In this document: in pieces, positions 7,824-16,543 of the stretch
How positions within the stretch are numbered: the stretch's first letter is position 1
Layout: the number at the start of each line of letters is the position of its first letter
Virus record (IMG/VR): IMGVR_UViG_3300021440_000019
DNA length: 20,000 bases
Direction: 5' to 3' (one strand)
From: an uncultured virus (IMG/VR IMGVR_UViG_3300021440_000019)
Taxonomy: Duplodnaviria; Heunggongvirae; Uroviricota; Caudoviricetes
The notes under the pieces: model-generated
The model's input: only the letters and a program-made list of their open reading frames with translations
What the model was told of the DNA's origin: nothing
Databases searched by the model: none
Made by a program: the position numbers and the translations under genes

Positions 7824-7837
7824 TCGTTTCCGCGCTC

Positions 7838-8665
7838 TCACACGCGGAAGATCACGCCCTCTGGTCCGAACACGATGCCGAGGTCTGCGCCCGTGATGTT
7901 CGAGCGCTCCATGTCCGTGAGGTACACGCGCCGGACTTCGTTCTTGGCGATCATGCCCTTGATGAAACCGATGCAGGCACCTCGGTACTTCTCGACGACC
8001 CCTTGGTTCGCTTTGCCCTTCAGTTGCTTCAGGTGCTTCGTTTCCGGATCGTACTCGATGGTTGCGTGCGGCTGATCGTTGCCATCGCGCAGGCTGAAGA
8101 TGTGGATTTCTCCTGCTTCGACCCTTCGCGTGTACGACATGCCTTCGTTGCCGACGCAGTGACCCATGAACGCGCTCTCGTTGCGCAGCGCCTTGGCGGT
8201 CTTGAGATCCCACCATGCGTAGCCGTTGCCGTAGCGGTGCACCAGCGTTTTGTCTTCTTCCTTCTCGGTCACCCGTTCTTCCACACGGGTGCGCTCGATG
8301 GCTCGGTGTCCTTCGGTCACCGCACGGTCGAACTTCACGGTGTTCAACTGCTTGATCCCCGAGGCTTGCAACGCCAGTAGATACGCGGTGCACGCATCCA
8401 CGTCCTCACGGAACTGCTGGAAGTCGTTGTCCTCGGGGTCGAACTCGTACACGAGAACGCCAGCCGGAAACGCCTTGAGCATCCACGGCTTACTCCGGTA
8501 CTCGCGCATGAGGTCGGTCACGGTAAGCCGACGGAAGGCAGCAACCTCCGTCAGCAACCACTTCTTCCCCACAGTCTTGATCCACTCGCCGATCTTCGGG
8601 TTCTTGTCCCGTGCGAGTTCCTCCAGCGCGGCGTCCAATGTTTCCGGGTTGCTCACGTTCTTCAT
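7838..8665 (-). CDS. PcfJ-like domain protein
   Basis: LRNESAFMGHCVG...IFSLRD...PHATIEY...QLKGKAN signature. RBS GAGG. Confidence 0.8.
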   Translation of the reverse strand: MKNVSNPETLDAALEELARDKNPKIGEWIKTVGKKWLLTEVAAFRRLTVTDLMREYRSKPWMLKAFPAGVLVYEFDPEDNDFQQFREDVDACTAYLLALQASGIKQLNTVKFDRAVTEGHRAIERTRVEERVTEKEEDKTLVHRYGNGYAWWDLKTAKALRNESAFMGHCVGNEGMSYTRRVEAGEIHIFSLRDGNDQPHATIEYDPETKHLKQLKGKANQGVVEKYRGACIGFIKGMIAKNEVRRVYLTDMERSNITGADLGIVFGPEGVIFRV

Positions 8666-8689
8666 CGTTGATCCCTCGTTACGGAGGCA

Positions 8690-9538
8690 TCATGGAGTGC
8701 CCCACTTGACAATTGCTTGAACCGGACCTGTGGGAGCTTCCGCAGCGGCAACCGGTGCCGCCGGTGCTTCCGCAGCAGCCTTCGCACCGGTCACTCGACG
8801 GATCACCCACATGTCATCGACGAGACGCCTGGGGTCCGTGAACCAGTCCTGCGTCATCTTGTAGTACCCGAGCATGCCCCACCGCCGACCCCACGAGTTG
8901 CGGACCCACACGAACGGCTTGCTCGGGCGATCGTCGTAACCCGCTGCCATCACCGCGTGGCCCCCGAGCAACTGTTCTTCCAGCGTCGGAAGCTCCAGAA
9001 CCCAAGGGCTGCTCAAAGCGTCGAACTTCTCCGGCACTGCGAAACCGAACACCACGGGGTGCCCGTCAGCCAGCGACTGCTTGAGCCCCATGAGTGTGGA
9101 CACTCGTGCGTACTCGAAGCCTGCGGTGAGCAGCGCACGGAGCGCGGTAGCTTCGTCATACGCCTTGGCTGCCGGCTTTTCCGCGTACCGCTGAGGCACG
9201 TACGGCCACGAACGCTCGGTGGCAACGCCCGTGCGGAAGAAGCTCTTGATGACGCTGCGGATCATCGCGCCGCCGTCTTCGTTCACGTCGCCTTCCGCTT
9301 CACGGCCGTTGTAGTACGCCATCAGCCGGGATAGCTGCGTGCCGGCCGTCACGATTTCCACAGCGGACGTGCTGGCGTTGCCCGTGCACGAACCCAACTG
9401 ACCCTGATCTTCGATGGGGTTGCCCATGCCGATGCGGTCCACAAATCTCGGCAGCGGTCGGTCAGGCTTTACCGCTGCATAGCGGTCACGGTGGTCGGGT
9501 ACATCGGGCTTCCAGGTGTAGTAACGCTTGCTCATCAT
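8690..9538 (-). CDS. papain-like cysteine peptidase (family C1)
   Basis: DQGQLGSCTGN (oxyanion Gln and catalytic Cys), GGHAV (His) and VRNSWG (Asn). The start was moved to ATG 9538, which follows GGAG. Confidence 0.92.
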   Translation of the reverse strand: MMSKRYYTWKPDVPDHRDRYAAVKPDRPLPRFVDRIGMGNPIEDQGQLGSCTGNASTSAVEIVTAGTQLSRLMAYYNGREAEGDVNEDGGAMIRSVIKSFFRTGVATERSWPYVPQRYAEKPAAKAYDEATALRALLTAGFEYARVSTLMGLKQSLADGHPVVFGFAVPEKFDALSSPWVLELPTLEEQLLGGHAVMAAGYDDRPSKPFVWVRNSWGRRWGMLGYYKMTQDWFTDPRRLVDDMWVIRRVTGAKAAAEAPAAPVAAAEAPTGPVQAIVKWGTP

Positions 9539-9588
9539 CGACTCCAAGGGGTTAAGGGGAGCCTCGAAGGCGAACGTACCCGAAGGTG

Positions 9589-9891
9589 CTAAACAGTGGT
9601 GTTCGGCGACGTACTGGAGATAGCCCCCACGAAGTCACCGGACACCGGATCACCAAGTCGCGCTGCGGGCAACCCGTTGACGTTCACGCTGGTGTCGCCA
9701 CCGACGATGCTCGCGCTGTGCCCACAGTCAGTGACCACAGGGTCACCAAGTCGCGCTGCGGGCAACCCGTTGACGTTGACGTTGGGTGAACCACCGACGA
9801 TGGACGCGCCGACCACGATAGGATTCTCGTGCGCAGGGTGGAAACAGGTGCCGCTACACCTATCAAATAAGCGAGCCGCTGAAATTCCCAA
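9589..9891 (-). CDS. PAAR-domain protein (contractile-tail spike tip)
   Basis: AARLFD plus two NVNGLPAARLGDP repeats, with Cys/His metal ligands. TTG start after GGAGG. Confidence 0.92.
   Translation of the reverse strand: MGISAARLFDRCSGTCFHPAHENPIVVGASIVGGSPNVNVNGLPAARLGDPVVTDCGHSASIVGGDTSVNVNGLPAARLGDPVSGDFVGAISSTSPNTTV
9650..9777. repeat. 35-bp exact direct repeat inside the PAAR gene
   Basis: TCACCAAGTCGCGCTGCGGGCAACCCGTTGACGTT at 9650-9684 and 9743-9777. Confidence 0.85.
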
Positions 9892-9906
9892 GATGGACCT
9901 CCGTGT

Positions 9907-10599
9907 TTACGCCATGGAATGCAACCGCGCGGCCATCCCCGCCATGAAGTTCTCGCTGATGTCCTTGATACCCGTGTGCGAGAACGACAAGTTGGCAGCC
10001 TGCTTGGCGTTGAGCCGCAGCGAAGTCACCTCGTGAGCAAGCAACGTGGCGCGCTCGGTCGTGAACGTGGCCGCATGCACCAGGCACGACGTGAGGTTCA
10101 CCAGGTCTTTGACACCGGAGGCTCCGACGGCAGCCGCGAAGTCTTTCAGTGCATCGCGCGTCTGCCCGAGGAACGTGTCGATTTCATGCAGCGCTGCGGT
10201 GAACACAACCGCCTTGTCTAGAGCGGAGAGCGCAGCACTGAGTTCGGAGCCGACGGCGAGGACCCCTGACTTGATCTTGGCAAGCAGCGCGTCCACCGCA
10301 GTGGTCAACCCGTTCAGGAAGTCCCCGCTGGCGGTGAACGCGATGACCCCGCAGATGCTGTGCGTCGGGTTGTCCGTGAGCGTGCCCAACGACTTTGCCA
10401 TGGCGTTCACCGTGGACACGTGCTGCATGAAGCCGCCGTAGAACGAAGCTAGCTGCTGTGGCACAGACGTAGCCATCCCCGCCACTCTGATCTTCGCCGT
10501 CAGCAAGTCCGCCTTGGTACCCGGAGCCAAGTTCGTGCCAGAGGCAATCGCCTGATCGAGCTTGGACTGTATGTCGTGGAGTTTGGTTGCGAGCGTCAT
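9907..10599 (-). CDS. hypothetical Ala/Leu-rich helical protein
   Basis: Start at ATG 10599 (MTLATKLHD) with RBS AAGGA and an ATGA overlap with the upstream gene. It lies just upstream of the PAAR gene. Confidence 0.7.
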   Translation of the reverse strand: MTLATKLHDIQSKLDQAIASGTNLAPGTKADLLTAKIRVAGMATSVPQQLASFYGGFMQHVSTVNAMAKSLGTLTDNPTHSICGVIAFTASGDFLNGLTTAVDALLAKIKSGVLAVGSELSAALSALDKAVVFTAALHEIDTFLGQTRDALKDFAAAVGASGVKDLVNLTSCLVHAATFTTERATLLAHEVTSLRLNAKQAANLSFSHTGIKDISENFMAGMAARLHSMA

Positions 10600-10958
10600 G
10601 ATCCGTCCTTGAACAGCGGGTTGTCCGGTGGTGTCCACAAGCCGGTCGCATACAGGTAGTCCCTGGCTCTGCGGTCAAGCTCGTCGGGCACGAAGTCGAA
10701 GGCGTACCCCGCGTAGTCACGCCACGACTGATTGTCCTCATCGAAGTCGCTGAGCTTGTACTCTATGGTCTCCCGTAGGTGCTCGAACAGCGAGGTCAGT
10801 CCCTTGAACTGCTCAGGGGTTGCCACCGGTCGTCGGCGACTGGCCGTACCGAAGGCTTCAGCGTACCGCAAGCTCGTGTTGCCATCGACCTCGGCTGTAA
10901 CCACGTCGTACGCCCAACTGAGGTAGTCTTCGAGGTCGAGTCCAGGTAGGCTAGACAT
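10596..10958 (-). CDS. hypothetical acidic protein
   Basis: 3' portion of track ORF 10596-11165 from MSSLPGLDLEDY. It overlaps the stop of the upstream gene. Confidence 0.65.
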   Translation of the reverse strand: MSSLPGLDLEDYLSWAYDVVTAEVDGNTSLRYAEAFGTASRRRPVATPEQFKGLTSLFEHLRETIEYKLSDFDEDNQSWRDYAGYAFDFVPDELDRRARDYLYATGLWTPPDNPLFKDGS

Positions 10959-11310
10959 AGGGCGCCCAATGCGTTGGGTAGAACACGCTGCCGGATTCAG
11001 CACACCAGCCTTCGGTGTACGCACCGTCGGCAGCGCTCTCGAAGAACCCACGGACTTCGACCACGGTGCCGCCGGGATCACTCGCGTACGTGCCCCGAAG
11101 CCACAGCACAGCACCGTGGACTTGCGGAGCGCTGGCAATCCCACGGAAGTCCCACGGCAGACCATGGAGCTTGCGGTACGCGAGGTCTGTTGCGGCCCAC
11201 TGCTGCTCCACGAGCGCGGCTACCGCAGGCGTTTGCTTTGCGGTCATCAACTCGTGCAGCACCGTACCCGGCGCCACCAGGGTGTCCTTGTACTTCAGGT
11301 ACGTCTTCAC
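10951..11310 (-). CDS. hypothetical protein with DUF551-like C-terminus
   Basis: Ends in PTHWAP, as in the 'THW.P' tail of DUF551 proteins. GTGA coupling with the upstream gene. Confidence 0.6.
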   Translation of the reverse strand: MKTYLKYKDTLVAPGTVLHELMTAKQTPAVAALVEQQWAATDLAYRKLHGLPWDFRGIASAPQVHGAVLWLRGTYASDPGGTVVEVRGFFESAADGAYTEGWCAESGSVFYPTHWAPYV

Positions 11311-11501
11311 GCTCGCTCCAGCCGGATGTAGTGCTCTCCGTACCCGTCAGCTAGGCAGACGTTGCCGGTTACCTCAGGGCCCTTGCCATCGGCGTCGAAC
11401 CCCGTAGAACCGAGCGCGGCATCCACGAGCTTGGACTCCTCTTCGGTGGGCAGCAGCACCAGGATCTTCCGGCCATCGAAGTCACGGATTTGAACTTGCA
11501 T
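11307..11501 (-). CDS. small hypothetical protein
   Basis: ATG at 11501 after GGAGG; 64 aa; coupled to both neighbours. Confidence 0.65.
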   Translation of the reverse strand: MQVQIRDFDGRKILVLLPTEEESKLVDAALGSTGFDADGKGPEVTGNVCLADGYGEHYIRLERA

Positions 11502-11937
11502 ATGCACCTCCAGGGGTTGTTCGTAACTTGGGCGCGAACGTAAGGACCATGTAGCTAGAGAGCCTTACGGGTTTCCACATCACCATCAAGCCGATGAGCC
11601 CGGTGTCGATCACGGACATCGGGTTGTTGCGGGCGTCACAGACGACCAGCGCATCGTGGATGTCTCGACGTTGCTTGTACGGCGCCAGCAACGCTTCCAT
11701 CTGCGTTCTCAACTCGGTCCTCAACAGGTCATCTTGAGGATCCCACGCATGCGTTTCCAGGAAACTCAAGTACAGTTCGGTCACGTTGTCAGCGATGGCA
11801 CGACTCGTCTTTAGAACGCGCACGGGGTCCGCAGGTGTGCTGCCTGGAGTGGCTTGCACATCAGGGGACACTGCGGCACCTGCTTTCGGTACGAGTATCG
11901 AAATGGAGAGGGCTTTGAGGAGGTCACGTCTTTTCAC
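11482..11937 (-). CDS. Tat-signal-like peptide fused to a tail-sheath C-terminal domain
   Basis: GTG at 11937 after AAGGT gives MKRRDLLKALSISILVPKAGA. The segment WDPQDDLLRTELR...LLAPYKQRRDIHDALVVCDARNNPMSVIDTG...KPVRLSSYMVLTF matches the sheath C-terminal pattern (FEPND..TR......FL......I.DF.VVCDE.NN...VID.......KP.....I.L.F). Confidence 0.75.
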   Translation of the reverse strand: MKRRDLLKALSISILVPKAGAAVSPDVQATPGSTPADPVRVLKTSRAIADNVTELYLSFLETHAWDPQDDLLRTELRTQMEALLAPYKQRRDIHDALVVCDARNNPMSVIDTGLIGLMVMWKPVRLSSYMVLTFAPKLRTTPGGAYASSNP

Positions 11938-11957
11938 TAAGGCACCTTGGTGTCGGG

Positions 11958-12143
11958 TTATCGTATGTCCTTGCGGTACTCTACGGGCACGTCGCGGTAT
12001 GGCATGTATCTGATGAACGTGAAGCCCGTTGATGTTCGCACGCGAACGCTGACGAACAACGGGCTGGTGTACACGTCGTCCGGCCAGGGTTGAACTTCGC
12101 GCCATTTCTTGCGTGCGCGCTGCACGCCCTCGACGGTAATCAT
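11958..12143 (-). CDS. small hypothetical protein
   Basis: 61 aa; ATGA overlap with the ligase stop. Confidence 0.55.
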   Translation of the reverse strand: MITVEGVQRARKKWREVQPWPDDVYTSPLFVSVRVRTSTGFTFIRYMPYRDVPVEYRKDIR

Positions 12144-13981
12144 AGCCCGTACTTTCGGCGGAACTGCTCCGCCGTGAGGATTCTCGTGCCGAGTGCTCGG
12201 GCAGCACCGAGCTTGGAACTACTGCCACTGGGATCTTTCGCCAGCAGCACCGTTGCGGTCTTCACCGATGTCGCCAGTGTGCCTCCGTTGCGGAGCACCA
12301 GTTCTTCGAGTTCGGCATCGCGGAACCCCGTGAACAGCACGGAGACGCCTCGGAGCTTCGAGCCGGTGGCACGTGCCTTCTTCTCGACCTCGTACGCGAG
12401 CTTCGTGGACGCCGCGAACCGCGCGAACTTCGGCAGCGCGTGCGCGAACGCGTAAGCCTGTTTCACATCGAACCCTGGGATCTCGTCCACAAGGTGCTGG
12501 AGCTTGGCAACGGGCCACAGCGCGTAGTCCATGATCTTCGGATGCGCTGTGCAGATGGCCCCGAGCTTGCGGCTGCCGAATGCGCGACCGAACAAGCCAG
12601 AGGCGTACATCAACGTGTGCAGCCACACACCGTCGGTCTTCAGCCGCTGTACGTCCTGGTACACGACGTGGCTCAGCCGCGAGACACCTTCGACCTCGGT
12701 GAACTGCTTCTCGGTCATGCGCAGGATCTTCTGCGGTGTGTCGAATCCCGCCCGGATGTACTTGGCAACGGTGGCCGGCTTGAACCGGTCAATGCCGAGC
12801 ACCGTGAAGAAGTGGGACAATCGCATGGACAGCACGGACTCGACCCCGGCGACACCGGAGGCTGGCTTGATGTTCGCTCCGTCCCACACGTGGTCTTTCG
12901 GCCACTTGAGCTTTCCGGGCTTCAGCACGTCTTCCGCGCGGATGTCGGGGATCACATCGCCGGACCTCCGGAGCTTGATGACCGCACCCGGACCGATACC
13001 GTTGTCCCTGACGAACGCAGCGGACTTGGCGGACGCATAGGTCACGGTAGCGCCCTTGAGCACCACGGGTTTGACCTCGATCCTTGGGAAGTACCACCCG
13101 GTTCTCGTGAGGTTCCACTGCACATCGACCACTGTGGTCTTCGCTGAGTCGTCCTCTGTGTCGGACTTGAACGCGACCACGTGGTCAGGATCACCCTTGC
13201 TGATACCGGTCTTCACGTCCTGCGCGATCACCAAGCCATCGACTTCGTACCCGGTGTTGGCCCTGGCCGCTTGCAGCAGCGCCAGTAGCTTCTCTTCGGT
13301 CAACGCGGGGAACACCTTGAACGGCGCCACGTCGTACCCCAAGGACTTGAGCTTGGCGAACGCGGCACTCGGCTTCAACCGGGGCACCAGCAGTTCGTAT
13401 GCGAGGTACGTCACGTCCTTGGTAGCCGGGTGCACGGTCTTGACGTTGGTTAGCCCACCAACCATGTTCCGGGGGTTAGCGTACTCGTGCCCGTACTTGG
13501 CCGTGAACGTCGTGTTGCGCATCACGAGTTCACCACGGACCACGAAGTCACCCTTGGGCTCTGGCAGCTTCTTCAGATGCGGCACCAGATGGCTGATGTC
13601 TCCACCGTGTGTGCCCGACGATCGACCCCGCGTGTACAGCTTGCGGCGTGCCGGCACATGCAGGCCGCTGATGCCGTCGATCTTCCACGACACGCAGTAC
13701 GGCCCTGGATGGTCAGCGAGCCACTGACCGACGCCGCCGGTCAGGTACTTGATCTTCGTCAGCGACGGCATCGGGAACGGCAGCTTCACCTTGAGCTTGG
13801 TTGTCGGGTCTGCCCCACTGTGCTTGAGCACCGGATGATCCGGGTTCACGGCACGCAGCGCTTCTTCCAGCGCGTCGTAGTCCCTGTCGGTCATGATCGG
13901 GAGCCCACGGTAGTACGCACCGCGAGCACGCTCGATCTGCTTCGCCATTGCGCCTTCGGTCATCGCAGCCAGCACTTTCAT
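12140..13981 (-). CDS. ligA: NAD-dependent DNA ligase
   Basis: Domain Ia (YY...TDRDYD), KIDG adenylation motif, VRGE, NPRN, EVDGLVI, AFK, OB-fold RSGDVIP, HhH region and C-terminal BRCT (VLFTGFRD...SSKL..A..LG). Confidence 0.93.
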   Translation of the reverse strand: MKVLAAMTEGAMAKQIERARGAYYRGLPIMTDRDYDALEEALRAVNPDHPVLKHSGADPTTKLKVKLPFPMPSLTKIKYLTGGVGQWLADHPGPYCVSWKIDGISGLHVPARRKLYTRGRSSGTHGGDISHLVPHLKKLPEPKGDFVVRGELVMRNTTFTAKYGHEYANPRNMVGGLTNVKTVHPATKDVTYLAYELLVPRLKPSAAFAKLKSLGYDVAPFKVFPALTEEKLLALLQAARANTGYEVDGLVIAQDVKTGISKGDPDHVVAFKSDTEDDSAKTTVVDVQWNLTRTGWYFPRIEVKPVVLKGATVTYASAKSAAFVRDNGIGPGAVIKLRRSGDVIPDIRAEDVLKPGKLKWPKDHVWDGANIKPASGVAGVESVLSMRLSHFFTVLGIDRFKPATVAKYIRAGFDTPQKILRMTEKQFTEVEGVSRLSHVVYQDVQRLKTDGVWLHTLMYASGLFGRAFGSRKLGAICTAHPKIMDYALWPVAKLQHLVDEIPGFDVKQAYAFAHALPKFARFAASTKLAYEVEKKARATGSKLRGVSVLFTGFRDAELEELVLRNGGTLATSVKTATVLLAKDPSGSSSKLGAARALGTRILTAEQFRRKYGL

Positions 13982-14202
13982 CTAAACTCCTCGATGTGAT
14001 ACAGGTCAGACAGCCGCAAGTAGTTCCGCACGTTGTACCCGGCCATGACGGCGGCGGGCAGCGCCCAAAATAGCACGTACGGCCACCACGGACGCCCCGA
14101 GTACCACACGTAAGCGCACGCGATGCCGAGCACGAGCGCCACTAGCGAGGAGACAGCAGCGGTAACCCGGGCACGCGCCAGAACTTGCTTGACCGTGGTC
14201 AT
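13978..14202 (-). CDS. small membrane protein (2 predicted TM helices)
   Basis: Hydrophobic runs VSSLVALVLGIACAYVWY and WWPYVLFWALPAAVMAGY. Contains the RBS GAGGAG for the ligase gene. Confidence 0.7.
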   Translation of the reverse strand: MTTVKQVLARARVTAAVSSLVALVLGIACAYVWYSGRPWWPYVLFWALPAAVMAGYNVRNYLRLSDLYHIEEFR

Positions 14203-14573
14203 CAGCTTTCTCCGCTAAGTGCTGACAAGACCTCCCGTGCCTTGCCGAAGTTGAACCGCGCGGATACCGACGACGCGAAGTTCCGTGCGCCCTGCGGTAG
14301 CTTGCGGCTCAGGTCCACGGAGAACCGCAGACGCTTGACCGTATTGTCTCCGGGGACGCAGACGCGGCACAGGTACTCCCAGTGGCTGACGCCGTAGTGG
14401 GAGCTCGGCATCGACCACAGCAACTGCTCGTCCACGGCGAACACAGTGCATCGTGTGCCCACGAACATCAGCAGGTACAAGTCCGTGTACCCGTTGCCGT
14501 TCGTTGCGAGCAGCCTGTAGCTGCGGTCGCCGAACACCGTGCCAGGCATCTGGTCCACGATGTTGCCGAACAC
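14202..14573 (-). CDS. hypothetical protein (start uncertain)
   Basis: Non-overlapping 3' part of track ORF 14202-14777. TGATG coupling to the next gene. Confidence 0.55.
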   Translation of the reverse strand: MFGNIVDQMPGTVFGDRSYRLLATNGNGYTDLYLLMFVGTRCTVFAVDEQLLWSMPSSHYGVSHWEYLCRVCVPGDNTVKRLRFSVDLSRKLPQGARNFASSVSARFNFGKAREVLSALSGES

Positions 14574-14578
14574 GGTCT

Positions 14579-15745
14579 TCAACCGGTAGTCGGGGGTTCC
14601 GTCGGGGAACCGTTGGAATACGCCGACAGGTGTCTGCGCAGCCGCTCCAGCACTGCGCGCCCGGTTGTGTCTCGGAGTCCGAGGTACTCCAAGGCGAGTT
14701 TCATGAAGCGTTGGTTCGCCGCGCGCTCCAGATACTCCGAAGAACTGCTGCGAATCCCGTGTGTCGTGCTCAGCCATTGGTTGAACTCCTTGTCTTCGTA
14801 CCCCATGAACAACGCGATCAGCCGTTGCTTCTTGGACAGCCGTAACTCCGGTGGCACGGGTGTGCCCATCGGTGGAAACAGCACCCTGTGGTCAACATGC
14901 GCGGTGCCCTTGGGGAACAGATTGAATGCGCGTCCGATGTCGATCACGCGGTCCCTGTTCTCTCGTTCGTCAGGTGCGTGCAACTCGTGCGTCTCTGTCA
15001 GGTCGTGAATGGCAACGACCTTGTTCGTAAACGTGTCGCCTTCGCGGACAACACGTGCACGCTTCTCGTGCGTCTGTTGGATTATCAGGTTGATCCCGAA
15101 GTTGTGCGCGGCTGACTTGACGATGTTCGTCGCGTGCAGCAGGCTCTCAACCTTCGGGTACGTGAGGTACAGTGCGTGTACGCCCTTGGCGAACACCTGC
15201 ATTGCCATGTCGTGCGCTTGCAAGCCCTGCTGCTGGTACACGAACCTCATCTTCCGATGCACGAACTTGCCGAGCCAGTCACGCATCCTCTGGTGGATCG
15301 TCACGATGTGCCTGTCGAAGCACGAGAGCGTCAGCGCAGGATACCGCAACGCCGTCTTCTTCAACGCCGTGAGCAACGCCGGAGACATCAGCAGTCGCAG
15401 GCACGTGTCTGCTTCACGCACGTTGAATGCTGGTGCGACCTTCGCTGCGGTAACGCCGCGTAGCCCACGCTTGACGCACCAGAACAGCCAGCACTTCACC
15501 TCCTTGACGACGTACCCGGAGTCCGTGATGGCTTTCCACATCGCCTTGTAGTCGAGGGAACCGAACGCGGAGCGCGCTTGCACCTGTAGTTGCTTGTACG
15601 TCGTGTGCCTGAAGATCGTGCTCAGCATCATCTGCACCCACTGCTGCTGCTTGTACTTCGGCAGCGTCAGGAACCTTGGGTCAGCCTCGCCACTGAGCTT
15701 CGTAACGATGTCGCACTCACGTGCGTTCGATTGTGAACGACCCAT
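14579..15745 (-). CDS. hypothetical protein, possibly a divergent sigma-factor-like transcription factor
   Basis: 388-aa basic, helical ORF. The segment 'KFVHRKMRFV...HDMAMQVFAKGVHALYLTYP...NIVKSAAHNFGINLIIQQTHEKR' loosely follows sigma region 2. The function is weakly supported. Confidence 0.55.
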   Translation of the reverse strand: MGRSQSNARECDIVTKLSGEADPRFLTLPKYKQQQWVQMMLSTIFRHTTYKQLQVQARSAFGSLDYKAMWKAITDSGYVVKEVKCWLFWCVKRGLRGVTAAKVAPAFNVREADTCLRLLMSPALLTALKKTALRYPALTLSCFDRHIVTIHQRMRDWLGKFVHRKMRFVYQQQGLQAHDMAMQVFAKGVHALYLTYPKVESLLHATNIVKSAAHNFGINLIIQQTHEKRARVVREGDTFTNKVVAIHDLTETHELHAPDERENRDRVIDIGRAFNLFPKGTAHVDHRVLFPPMGTPVPPELRLSKKQRLIALFMGYEDKEFNQWLSTTHGIRSSSSEYLERAANQRFMKLALEYLGLRDTTGRAVLERLRRHLSAYSNGSPTEPPTTG

Positions 15746-16502
15746 CTTTGCCCCTTGTCAGCGTCTTCTTCATCTTGGCCTTGGTCTTGGCGTCCGCGAT
15801 CTTCTTCGACTTCTTGATGTTGCCGGTGATCGCATGCATCGCCTCTTCCTTGAAGAGCTTGACGCGACGCTTGTCTAGCCAGTGCTGTGGCACGGAATCG
15901 AGTGATGGGGGCACATACTCGGCGGGTTTGACGGCCAGGGTGTCACGGTACGCGAGCCACTCGTCTCGGGGCATCTGCAACTCGTCGTACAGCGTCGGCC
16001 TGCCGTTCTTCTTCGGCTCGATGACGCGGTTTGCGCTGATGAGCGAGCGCTTGCGCTTCTCCCACTTGGCGAACGTCAGCACGGACTCGGGCATCAACGT
16101 GACCATGGTGTTGCCGTCACCGTCACGCAGCGACGAACTGACGTACACGAACTGCTTGTCCTTGGACACGCTGACGATGCGTCCTCGGAAGTAGTTCTGC
16201 ACGTACTCCTGGCCGACGCAGAAGTACACCGGCTGGCCGAACTCGTAGCCGGCTTTCTGGAGGTAGGAGCCACCTCTGATAGCCATTGCCATGACTTGCA
16301 GTTCGGGGTCCCGCATGGAGCGGAACAGCAGTCGCATGACCTTGAGTACGTTCTGATGTGCTGAGGCCAGAAGCGTTGGGTCCGGCACGTACAGTTCGCA
16401 GGCGGTTGCGGTTGCAAGCACACCGAGCTTGATGCACGGTTTCTTCGCTGACGCGTGAGGGACCTTCTCGTGGTGAATGCACGACTGGCACTTGTTTGGC
16501 AT
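15717..16502 (-). CDS. hypothetical protein with N-terminal Cys cluster and SH3-like middle
   Basis: CQSCIHH...C....C cluster and a Lys-rich C-terminus. The start is either ATG 16502 or GTG 16541. Confidence 0.7.
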   Translation of the reverse strand: MPNKCQSCIHHEKVPHASAKKPCIKLGVLATATACELYVPDPTLLASAHQNVLKVMRLLFRSMRDPELQVMAMAIRGGSYLQKAGYEFGQPVYFCVGQEYVQNYFRGRIVSVSKDKQFVYVSSSLRDGDGNTMVTLMPESVLTFAKWEKRKRSLISANRVIEPKKNGRPTLYDELQMPRDEWLAYRDTLAVKPAEYVPPSLDSVPQHWLDKRRVKLFKEEAMHAITGNIKKSKKIADAKTKAKMKKTLTRGKDGSFTIERT

Positions 16503-16543
16503 TGAGAGGGCTGACCCTCCTTCTTCTCTTTTCAATTGCACGG

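Noticed and set aside
11938..12228. N-terminal extension of the sheath-domain ORF in the track
   Set aside because: It overlaps the ligase end and a coupled 61-aa gene. GTG 11937 has an RBS and places the RR motif at the N-terminus.
13978..14202. Possible holin
   Set aside because: It has two TM helices but no endolysin or spanin nearby, and it sits in a replication-gene context.
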